IMG/VR virus record: IMGVR_UViG_3300046806_000356
Location: 32,001-96,000 of that record
Direction: 5' to 3' (one strand)
DNA length: 64,000 nt
From: a virus
Positions 37,778 through 46,000 of this stretch are shown here, in pieces. A program made the position numbers and the translations under genes. Every line of letters begins with the position of its first letter. Within the stretch, counting starts at the first letter, position 1. Below the pieces are notes generated by a model. It saw only the letters and a program-made list of their open reading frames with translations, searched no databases and was not told the origin of the DNA.

Positions 37778-37823
37778 GACTGGCACACCTGTCCCCTTTG
37801 GGGGGTTGGGTTGCCTGTAGGAT
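37764..37823 (+). promoter_or_regulatory. Palindrome-linked early promoter cassette 19
   Basis: AGATCCA-ATTCTAAGAC-TGGCACA; TAGGAT at 37818. Confidence 0.75.
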
Positions 37824-37852
37824 ACGTAAGAACCAAACGACCTCCCCCCCCC

Positions 37853-38116
37853 ATGACCAGCAACACCTACAACGGTTGGGCAAATTACCAGACCTGGAAT
37901 GCTGCCCTCTGGATTGGCAATGATGAGTTTCTCTACAATACTGCTAAGGCATGTGTTGAGTACTGCGGCACCAATGAGACCCCATGGGCAAAATTCGTCC
38001 GTTGCATGACTGATGGGCAGATCGGACGGATGCTGGGGCAGACCCGTGATGGGGTGAAGTGGAATGACCCCGCAATCGATGAGGCAGAGATGGTTGAGAT
38101 GATGGCAGACCTTTAG
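37853..38116 (+). CDS. Conserved phage hypothetical protein (YNGWxNYxTW family)
   Basis: TYNGWANYQTWNAALWIGNDEFLY...TRDGVKWND. Confidence 0.75.
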   Translation: MTSNTYNGWANYQTWNAALWIGNDEFLYNTAKACVEYCGTNETPWAKFVRCMTDGQIGRMLGQTRDGVKWNDPAIDEAEMVEMMADL

Positions 38117-38169
38117 GGGTTTGCCCCCCATCCGTGCTACAATTAACCCGTACCAAACGACCCGAACCC

Positions 38170-38436
38170 ATGGCACTCTACAACCAAGCATCCGACCTCG
38201 CAACCCGTCAGACCGTATGGATCGGAACCAAGGTCAGCAACCTGCCTAAGTTCAATGGCACAGAATGGGAATTGAAGCAGGGGCATCAGGCAAACTCCCA
38301 CACCCGCGGATGGCAGGATGATGGGTTGCCCTCTGCCGAACTGGCAGATCTGCACACCCCCTGGCAGGGATGGGTCGGTCCCGGTCACCGTTACTATTGC
38401 AACCCGGAGGCAGGTCGTCGGTCGTTCCTTGCCTGA
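38170..38436 (+). CDS. Hypothetical protein
   Basis: 88 aa after TGcTACAAT and the ACCAAACGA leader. Confidence 0.65.
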   Translation: MALYNQASDLATRQTVWIGTKVSNLPKFNGTEWELKQGHQANSHTRGWQDDGLPSAELADLHTPWQGWVGPGHRYYCNPEAGRRSFLA

Positions 38437-38663
38437 TGCACTCCCTACCCCCTGCCCTCACGGGTGGGGGGTTCGTGCTATGGGCACCCTATTCGTTCGT
38501 GATTTGACAGTGGCCCCCGTGCCTTAAGGGGTGCGGGGGTGCCCGCCGTATATAAAACCCATGGGTCCCCGTAGGCTATAAAGTCTTGCTTTTGCCATCT
38601 CTTTATACTTCGAATATAAAAATTTTTTTTACTATATAAAAAAATAAAATAAGTTTAATAGAA

Positions 38664-38837
38664 ATGAAAAAAAATTCGGCAGAAATTTTTCAACCCCTAC
38701 AAGTCGATCCAATTTCGGGTGAGTACTACTTAGTGATTCCTGAGCAATTTGTAAATGATCTGTCTTGGTATGAGGACACTGAAATTAAAATAGAATTATC
38801 TGGATCTGAAATTATTCTTTCAGAAAAGGAGAGTTGA
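38664..38837 (+). CDS. AbrB-like small DNA-binding protein
   Basis: YYLVIPEQFVNDLSWYEDTEIKIEL...IIL. Confidence 0.65.
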   Translation: MKKNSAEIFQPLQVDPISGEYYLVIPEQFVNDLSWYEDTEIKIELSGSEIILSEKES

Positions 38838-38862
38838 CAACGTATAGATAATACTGTATGAT
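38834..38862 (+). promoter_or_regulatory. Host-like sigma70 promoter
   Basis: TTGACA-17-TATGAT before gene 38885. Confidence 0.75.
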
Positions 38863-38884
38863 ACTGAAGTAACTACAATCAATT

Positions 38885-39643
38885 ATGGCTAAAGGATTTA
38901 CTGTAAAGGCAAAAAGCCCAACCCCATCAACTCAAGGAGAGGAATGGGATTATGATAAAGCAAGGGAACTTGTAAGAGGCAAATCTATTGTCTTCTGCCT
39001 ACCTGGCAGAGGTGTTTCTTATACTTACCTCAAAAACTTTGTACAACTCTGTTTTGATCTTGTACAATCAGGAGCAAGTATTCAAATCTCGCAAGACTAT
39101 TCATCGATGGTGAATTTTGCAAGATGTAAATGTTTAGGTGCAAACGTTTTGCGTGGACCTGATCAGATTCCCTGGGATGGACAACTGAAATATGATTGGC
39201 AACTTTGGATTGATTCTGATATTGTATTCAATACCAATAATTTTTGGCAACTTGTTCTGATGGAACAGGATATTGCAGCAGGTTGGTACTGTACCGAAGA
39301 CGGACGTACAACATCTGTAGCACACTGGTTAGAAGAGGATGATTTTAGAAATAATGGTGGAGTCATGAATCATGAAACCATTGAGAGCATCTCTAAGCGT
39401 CGTAAACCATTCACCGTAGATTATACCGGATTTGGATGGGTTCTAATTAAAAATGGAGTTTTCGAAAATTCCGAAATGAAGTATCCATGGTTTGCACCGA
39501 AGATGCAAGTCTTTGATTCTGGAGATGTTCAGGATATGTGTGGGGAGGATGTATCATTCTGCCTGGATGCAAAGGAAGCAGGTTTTGAAATCTGGTGCGA
39601 TCCTCGTATCAGAGTTGGTCACGAAAAGACAAGAGTTATTTGA
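38885..39643 (+). CDS. Glycosyltransferase (GT-A fold, family-2-like)
   Basis: WIDSDIVF (DxD), TGFGWVLI, GEDVSFC, VGHEK. Confidence 0.8.
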   Translation: MAKGFTVKAKSPTPSTQGEEWDYDKARELVRGKSIVFCLPGRGVSYTYLKNFVQLCFDLVQSGASIQISQDYSSMVNFARCKCLGANVLRGPDQIPWDGQLKYDWQLWIDSDIVFNTNNFWQLVLMEQDIAAGWYCTEDGRTTSVAHWLEEDDFRNNGGVMNHETIESISKRRKPFTVDYTGFGWVLIKNGVFENSEMKYPWFAPKMQVFDSGDVQDMCGEDVSFCLDAKEAGFEIWCDPRIRVGHEKTRVI

Positions 39644-39647
39644 TACA

Positions 39648-39827
39648 ATGGAAGATCGTTACAATATTATTCGTAATGGAAAAATATTGCATTCAAATCT
39701 TACAGAAGAAGAATACTTCAATGCTATAGAGGATTTGGCAGATGAATTTTATCAGTCAGGTTCTCTAAATCCAAATGAAATTGAAACTGAAATTTTGACT
39801 AATACTATGGAGAAAACTAATGGCTAA
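39648..39827 (+). CDS. Hypothetical protein (59 aa)
   Basis: MEDRYNII...NLTEEEYF..IEDLADEFYQSG. Confidence 0.65.
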   Translation: MEDRYNIIRNGKILHSNLTEEEYFNAIEDLADEFYQSGSLNPNEIETEILTNTMEKTNG

Positions 39828-39963
39828 GCGTGCATCATTATCTGGTAAAGTTGTTATTGAATCAAATCCGAAAAAGACTCGTCAAGGGGCTGGTTCTCAT
39901 ACGAAGTATGCTGCAACTTCTCGTAACTCATCTGGAAAAAAATACAGAGGACAAGGTAGATAA
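39820..39963 (+). CDS. Small basic protein (47 aa)
   Basis: MAKRASLSG...PKKTRQG.GSHTKYAATSRN...KKYRGQGR; GGAG RBS. Confidence 0.7.
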   Translation: MAKRASLSGKVVIESNPKKTRQGAGSHTKYAATSRNSSGKKYRGQGR

Positions 39964-39968
39964 TTATC

Positions 39969-39996
39969 AAAGTGGGTACATGTACCCACTTTTTTT
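39969..39996 (+). terminator. Rho-independent terminator
   Basis: Perfect palindrome AAAGTGGGTACATGTACCCACTTT followed by a T run. Confidence 0.85.
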
Positions 39997-40048
39997 ATGT
40001 AATAAATATTTTTTTATTAAAACTATTACCGAATTGGAAAAGTTTTCA

Positions 40049-40375
40049 ATGGGCAGGCACCTATTATTGGAGGTGTATGATGTTAAATACAATCTCATTA
40101 ATGATGCAATTGCTCTTGAAGAAATAATGGTTGGTGGAATTAAACGTGCCGGAATGACCATTCTAAACGTCTTCCAGCACTGTTTCATACCTCAGGGGTG
40201 TACTATAGTCATAGCACTCTCTGAGAGTCATGTATCGTGTCACACATGGCCTGAGGAAGGTTGTCTGGCAATAGACGTTTATACATGTGGTGAAGGAAAT
40301 CCGAAATTAATTGCAATAGAGTTGTTAAAATATCTTAATTCTGATAATTATTCTCTTCGGGAAGTAATTCGTTAA
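40049..40375 (+). CDS. speD: S-adenosylmethionine decarboxylase proenzyme
   Basis: MGRHLL...F.PQG.T....LSESHVSCHTWPE.G..AIDVYTCG (ESH self-cleavage motif). Confidence 0.93.
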   Translation: MGRHLLLEVYDVKYNLINDAIALEEIMVGGIKRAGMTILNVFQHCFIPQGCTIVIALSESHVSCHTWPEEGCLAIDVYTCGEGNPKLIAIELLKYLNSDNYSLREVIR

Positions 40376-40441
40376 ATATGCATAGGAGATAGCAACCTCC
40401 TTCATAAAAGTTCTGTTTTAGTAAATAAAACAGGAGCTCAA

Positions 40442-40684
40442 ATGTCCAACTTACCAATAGATAAAGATTCAAATTATATGAGAGAAATGTGGTCTAAGAA
40501 TCAATTGATCACTGATCATAATGCTGAACCAAAAAAAAGAGTGATTCAAGAAGTTATGCATGATCTTGCACCACAACACGACCTTAAAAAGCAAGTCGAA
40601 CTTCATGAAAAAATTCGTAATGATGAAGATTATGATGATTGGGAATATGGGACTGAACCAACTTATGGATCTGTCTGGCACTGA
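40442..40684 (+). CDS. Hypothetical protein
   Basis: 80 aa with AGGAG RBS inside a hairpin. Confidence 0.7.
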   Translation: MSNLPIDKDSNYMREMWSKNQLITDHNAEPKKRVIQEVMHDLAPQHDLKKQVELHEKIRNDEDYDDWEYGTEPTYGSVWH

Positions 40685-40685
40685 A

Positions 40686-40693
40686 TATAAATA
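40686..40693 (+). promoter_or_regulatory. T4-type late promoter TATAAATA
   Basis: Exact consensus before gp25. Confidence 0.85.
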
Positions 40694-40715
40694 AAGCAAA
40701 GAAAACTCTTGATCA

Positions 40716-41117
40716 ATGACAATACAGAGGATATCTAGATCTTTTAAGGACATTAGTTTATCCTTTGAACCTCATCCTATAACAAAGGATTTGCAGATTT
40801 TAAAAAATGAAACTGCGATTCGTAGATCTGTAAGAAACATAGTTGAAACTATTCCAACTGAAAAATTCTTTAACTCATCATTTGGATCTAACGTTAGATC
40901 TAGTTTATTTGAATTTGTTGATTTTGGTACTGCATCTGTTATTCAAAATCAAATTGAAATTGCAATAACTAATTTTGAACCCAGAGTTGAAAATATAAAA
41001 GTTGATGTTGAACCAAATACAGATAGCAATGAATTCAATGTCACTGTAATTTTTGATATTATTGGTCAAGAGTTTCCGACACAAGAATATTCATTTCTCT
41101 TAGAGGCAACAAGATAA
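40716..41117 (+). CDS. gp25: Baseplate wedge subunit, T4 gp25-like
   Basis: FKDISLSF..HP...AIRRSVRNIV.T...EKFF...FGS....LFE...I.NFEPRV. Confidence 0.92.
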   Translation: MTIQRISRSFKDISLSFEPHPITKDLQILKNETAIRRSVRNIVETIPTEKFFNSSFGSNVRSSLFEFVDFGTASVIQNQIEIAITNFEPRVENIKVDVEPNTDSNEFNVTVIFDIIGQEFPTQEYSFLLEATR

Positions 41118-41118
41118 A

Positions 41119-43047
41119 ATGCCTTTCACTAAATTTACTAATTTAGATTTTGATCAAATAAAAACTTCAATCAAAGACTATCTTCGTGAAAATTCAAATT
41201 TCACAGACTTTGATTTTGAAGGATCTAATTTTTCTGTTTTAATTGATACGCTAGCATATAACACATATATTACTGCGTTTAATTCCAATATGATTGTCAA
41301 TGAGTCTTTTTTAGACTCGGCAACTCTTCGTGAAAACGTAGTTTCACTTGCAAGAAATATTGGATATGTGCCAAGATCAAGGGCAGCATCTAAGGCACGG
41401 GTATCTTTTCAAATTACAGGTCTTGTAGATGAAACTGGTTTACCATCAACTCAAACATTAACTTTAAAGGCAGGATTAGTTTGCACTGGAGATATTGAAA
41501 ATTCATCTTATGTCTTTTCTATACCAGAAGATATTACAGTTAATGTAGATAGTTCTGGAGTTGCGGCATTTAATAATATAGAAATTTGTCAAGGAACTTT
41601 CTTAACAAATACATTTAACTATGATGGTTCTTTAGATCAAAGATTTATTTTAAATAATTCATTTATAGATTCTTCCACAATTCGTGTTTATGTTAAAAAA
41701 ACATCGGATCAAGGTCTTGGATATGAATATTATCAAGTAGAAAATATTTTAAATATAGATTCATCATCCAGAATTTATCTCATTCAAGAAGTTCAAGATG
41801 AAAAGTATGAGATACTTTTTGGTGATGGGTACATTGGAAAGAAATTGGGAAATGGAGTTAATCTGGACGGAACAGTCATAACAACTAATTATATTATAAC
41901 AGATGGTAAGGATGGTAATGGAGCATTCAGATTCTTATTTTCTGGTACGTTAGAGAAATCAAATGGGAGCACTTTAGTATTAAACAGTCCAGTATCAGTC
42001 ACAACAAACCAAGCATCTCAAAATGGTGATGATATTGAACAAATTAACTCTATCAAGTATTTTGCACCAAGAGTATACTCCTCACAGCACAGGGCAGTGA
42101 CGGCAAATGATTATGAAACGATCATTAAAAGAATTTATTCAGATACTGAATCAGTTTCTGTTATTGGTGGTGAAGAACTAGATCCTCCAGAATATGGAAA
42201 TGTTCAAATTAGTATTAAACCTAAAAACGGAACTTTCGTGTCAGACTTTAATAAGACTCGAATTTTAAATGAACTAAAGAAATATAGCATTTCCGGAATC
42301 AATCAAAAAATAATCGACCTCAAAGTATTGTATGTTGAAATTGATTCTTCAGTATATTATGATTATTCAAAGACATCATCGTCAGAATCTTTAAAAACTA
42401 AAGTCATAAACTCTCTAACAAAATACGCAAACTCCATCGACTTGAATAAGTTTGGTGGAAGATTCAAGTATAGTAAAGTTCTACAACTTATTGATAACAC
42501 AGATTTTGCCATAACATCAAACATTACCAAAGTTCGTATTAGAAGAGATATGAAAGCTCTTTTAAATAAACTTGCACAATATGAACTTTGTTTTGGTAAT
42601 CAGTTTCATGTTGTACAAGACTCATATAATATTAAGTCTACGGGATTTGTTGTTGAAAATGATCCAGATACTGTTTACATTACTGATAAACCAAATGCAG
42701 ATAAAAAAACTGGGATTCTATCCATTGTAAAACCAATATCTGAAACAGAAACAAGAGTCGTTATTAAATCGGTTGGTACTGTTGATTATGTGAAAGGGGA
42801 AATAAATCTTGGAGCATTAAATATCATATCAACATCATTGCCAAATAATATTATTCAAATTCAAGCTGTTCCGGAATCAAACGATGTTATTGGACTGAAA
42901 GAATTATATTTAAGTTTCAGCATTGATAAAAGTGAAATAAATATGGTAAGAGATGTTATATCTTCTGGGGAAGAAACATCCGGAACCGAGTTCTCCAAGA
43001 ACTACTATACATCTAGTTACTTAAGCGGAAATTTAATAAGAAAGTAA
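41119..43047 (+). CDS. gp6: Baseplate wedge subunit, T4 gp6-like
   Basis: LDFDQIK...FTDFDFEGSN..VLIDTLAYNT...NESFLDSA..RENVVSLA; RAVTANDYE. Confidence 0.93.
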   Translation: MPFTKFTNLDFDQIKTSIKDYLRENSNFTDFDFEGSNFSVLIDTLAYNTYITAFNSNMIVNESFLDSATLRENVVSLARNIGYVPRSRAASKARVSFQITGLVDETGLPSTQTLTLKAGLVCTGDIENSSYVFSIPEDITVNVDSSGVAAFNNIEICQGTFLTNTFNYDGSLDQRFILNNSFIDSSTIRVYVKKTSDQGLGYEYYQVENILNIDSSSRIYLIQEVQDEKYEILFGDGYIGKKLGNGVNLDGTVITTNYIITDGKDGNGAFRFLFSGTLEKSNGSTLVLNSPVSVTTNQASQNGDDIEQINSIKYFAPRVYSSQHRAVTANDYETIIKRIYSDTESVSVIGGEELDPPEYGNVQISIKPKNGTFVSDFNKTRILNELKKYSISGINQKIIDLKVLYVEIDSSVYYDYSKTSSSESLKTKVINSLTKYANSIDLNKFGGRFKYSKVLQLIDNTDFAITSNITKVRIRRDMKALLNKLAQYELCFGNQFHVVQDSYNIKSTGFVVENDPDTVYITDKPNADKKTGILSIVKPISETETRVVIKSVGTVDYVKGEINLGALNIISTSLPNNIIQIQAVPESNDVIGLKELYLSFSIDKSEINMVRDVISSGEETSGTEFSKNYYTSSYLSGNLIRK

Positions 43048-43048
43048 T

Positions 43049-46000
43049 ATGATACAAACTGGATTTGATTCAAGAGTTAAAGTTTATCAAGTTATTGAAA
43101 ATCAACTTCCAAGTTTTATTTTGGATGAAAATCCAAAAGCTTCAGAGTTTTTAAAGCAATATTACATATCTCAGGAACATCAGAGTGGTTCAATTGATAT
43201 TGCTGAGAACTTAGATCAATACCTTAAGTTAGATAATCTCACACCGGAAATCATTGTTGATAATACATATCTAACCTCTGGAATTGGGACCAATAATAAG
43301 ATCACAATAAATGTCAATAGCACAAAAGGATTTCCAAAACAATATGGATTGTTGAAAATTGGTGATGAGATCATCACTTATACTGGAATTACCACTAACT
43401 CTTTTCTCAATTGTCAGAGAGGATTCAGTGGCATTACAAGTTATCATCAAGAATTAAATCAAGAAGAATTGCTTTTTGAAACATCAAGTGCAGAATCTCA
43501 CGAGCAATCTGCAGCAGTTCAAAACTTAAGTTCTTTATTTTTAAAAGAATTCTATAAAAAATTAAAGTATTCCCTTACACCAGGATTAGAAGATATAGAT
43601 TTTGTATCTGATCTTAATGTTGGTAATTTTATAAAAGAGGCAAGATCCTTTTATAAGTCAAAAGGAACAGATGAGTCTTTTAAAATTCTGTTTAAAGTTT
43701 TATATGGAGTCAATGCTACTGTTGTTAATTTAGAAAATTTTCTTATTAAACCTTCATCTGCAGAATTTGTTAGAAGAAAAGTTGTTCTTATAGATTTCTG
43801 GAGAACCTAACAAGTTATCTGGACAAACAATTGAAAAATCAACAGATCCTGATACAAATGCATCAGTATCAGAAGTTGAAGTTGTTACTAGAAATGGAAA
43901 AAAATATTATAAATTATCTCTATTCGTTGGTTACGATGATTCTCCAACTGTTCAAGGAGAATTTGATGTTACACCATCTACAAAATGCTTGGAATCTGTC
44001 CCAGTCGGTTCCTCTGTAATTTCCGTTGATTCAACAATTGGTTTTCCAGAATCGGGAACAATTATCTCTGGAACAAATACAATAACTTATACGGGTAAAA
44101 GTGTTAATCAATTTTTTGGATGTTCTGGAGTTGAATCTCAAATAGATCAGGCAGATAATATTAGAACTGATGATGTTTACATTGGATATGAAGATGGTGA
44201 TAAAACTAAAAAAGTTGAATTTAGAATACTTGGATCATTATCGGATTTTATCCAAGTATCAGAATCGTTAAGTGGTGTTTCTGAGGGTGACTTTGTTTAC
44301 ATTAAAAGTCTTGGAAATGCAGTTGGTCAGACTAAGTTTGGAGAAAAGAATTTTAAAGAAGTATTAGTAAATTCTTGGTTCTATAATTCCAACTCAAGAT
44401 ATCATATTCAGGATTTTAGTGGACCAAAATCTTTAAATCTCAAATCACCAATTGATAGAACTAGTTTAAAATATGGAGATGAAATTGAGATAGTAGAAAG
44501 GGGAACGTCAAATGTTGTTTTTACAACATATGTAAATGAGGAAATTCAGGATAATTCAAAATCTATTCAATTGTTTGCATTTATTGCTCCAAATCCAAAT
44601 GCAAACTATGATCTAAGAAGAAAAGTTAGTAAGGCTAGTAGTTTAAATGTTCCTTTGATATATGGCAATGATTCTATTATATCTGATGTAAGCAATGTAT
44701 ATACAGATAATGATTATGCATATGTAGCATCTAACTCTTTGCCAGCAAATAATAGAGGGTTGTCTGTTCCATATTGTTATCAGATAACAAAAAACTTGAG
44801 CGGCAATTATATTGATAATAGCATTGGAATTTTAACTGGCAAAGTTGACGATGACTTTACAATAATTTCTTTTCCTGACAACGTACCATTTTTAACAGGA
44901 GATAGAATTTTTTATCAACCAGAAGAAGATTCTCTTGTGGGATTAGAAACTGGATCATACTACGTTAAAGTTCTGGACTCAAATAAAAAAGAAATACAAT
45001 TGTATTCTTCTCAATCTTTTGTCGGAAGTTCAAATTATCTGACTTTTGATTCTCCTTATATTTCTGGAATAGGAACTCATAGATTTACATTATATTCTCA
45101 GAGATCTGCTGAAATAGGTCCTCAAAAAATACTTAAAAAATTTCCACTTACAAATAATATTTTTAATGGATCTAATGAAAAAACTTTACCTGGGCCTGTT
45201 GGTCTGTTAGTTAATGGTGTAGAAATTGACAATTACAAATCATTAGATAAAATTTATTATGGACCATTAAATTCTGTTAAAGTTTTGAACAGTGGTGAAA
45301 ATTATGATGTTATAAACTTACCTTTTATATCAGTTTCGACTGGTATAGGGTCAACCGCATTTATTCAACCTGTGGTAAGTGGATCAATTCAAAAAACTTA
45401 TGTTGAGAATCAAGACTTCGATATTCAAAATATAGTTTCTATAGGAGTTAGTGGTGGAAATGGATTTGGTGCTGTATTAGAACCAATTGTTAAAAAGAGA
45501 GTAAGAGAAGTTTTTTTTGATGCAAGAACCACGACCAATTCTGGTGGAATTAATACTACGACCAGACAACTTACCTTTTTAACTAAACATAATTTTGTAG
45601 ATGGTGAAGAAGTAATCTATAGTTCAAATGGAAATTTGGGAGTTGGAATAGGTGTAGGTAATTCCACTCTTATTGATAATTCTCAATATTACATAAAAAC
45701 AACTAGTGATCTAACAGTCAGATTATATCAATCTTTATCAGACTATTCTTCGGGAATTAATACTGTTGGATTTAATACTGATAATACTTCCGGAATTCAT
45801 AAATTTTATACTTCATCCAGTAAAAATACTTTAACAGAGATTAAAGTGGTTGACGGTGGACAACAATATACTAACAGAAAATTGATTGTCAAACCAACAG
45901 ACATTTCTACATCCAATCATACAATTAATTTTAAAAATCATGGGTTTAATGATGGTGATTTAATTAAGTATAGTTATCAGACTTCTTCAATATCAGGAGT

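Noticed and set aside
6222-37823. TGGCAC read as a sigma54 -24 element
   Set aside because: Where TTGC follows it is 8 bp away rather than 5 and serves as the sigma70 -35; the motif is half of a palindrome; cyanobacteria lack sigma54.
39830-40048. N-terminal extension of speD in the 181-aa track ORF
   Set aside because: It overlaps the 39820-39963 gene and a terminator; SpeD similarity starts at MGRH (40049).
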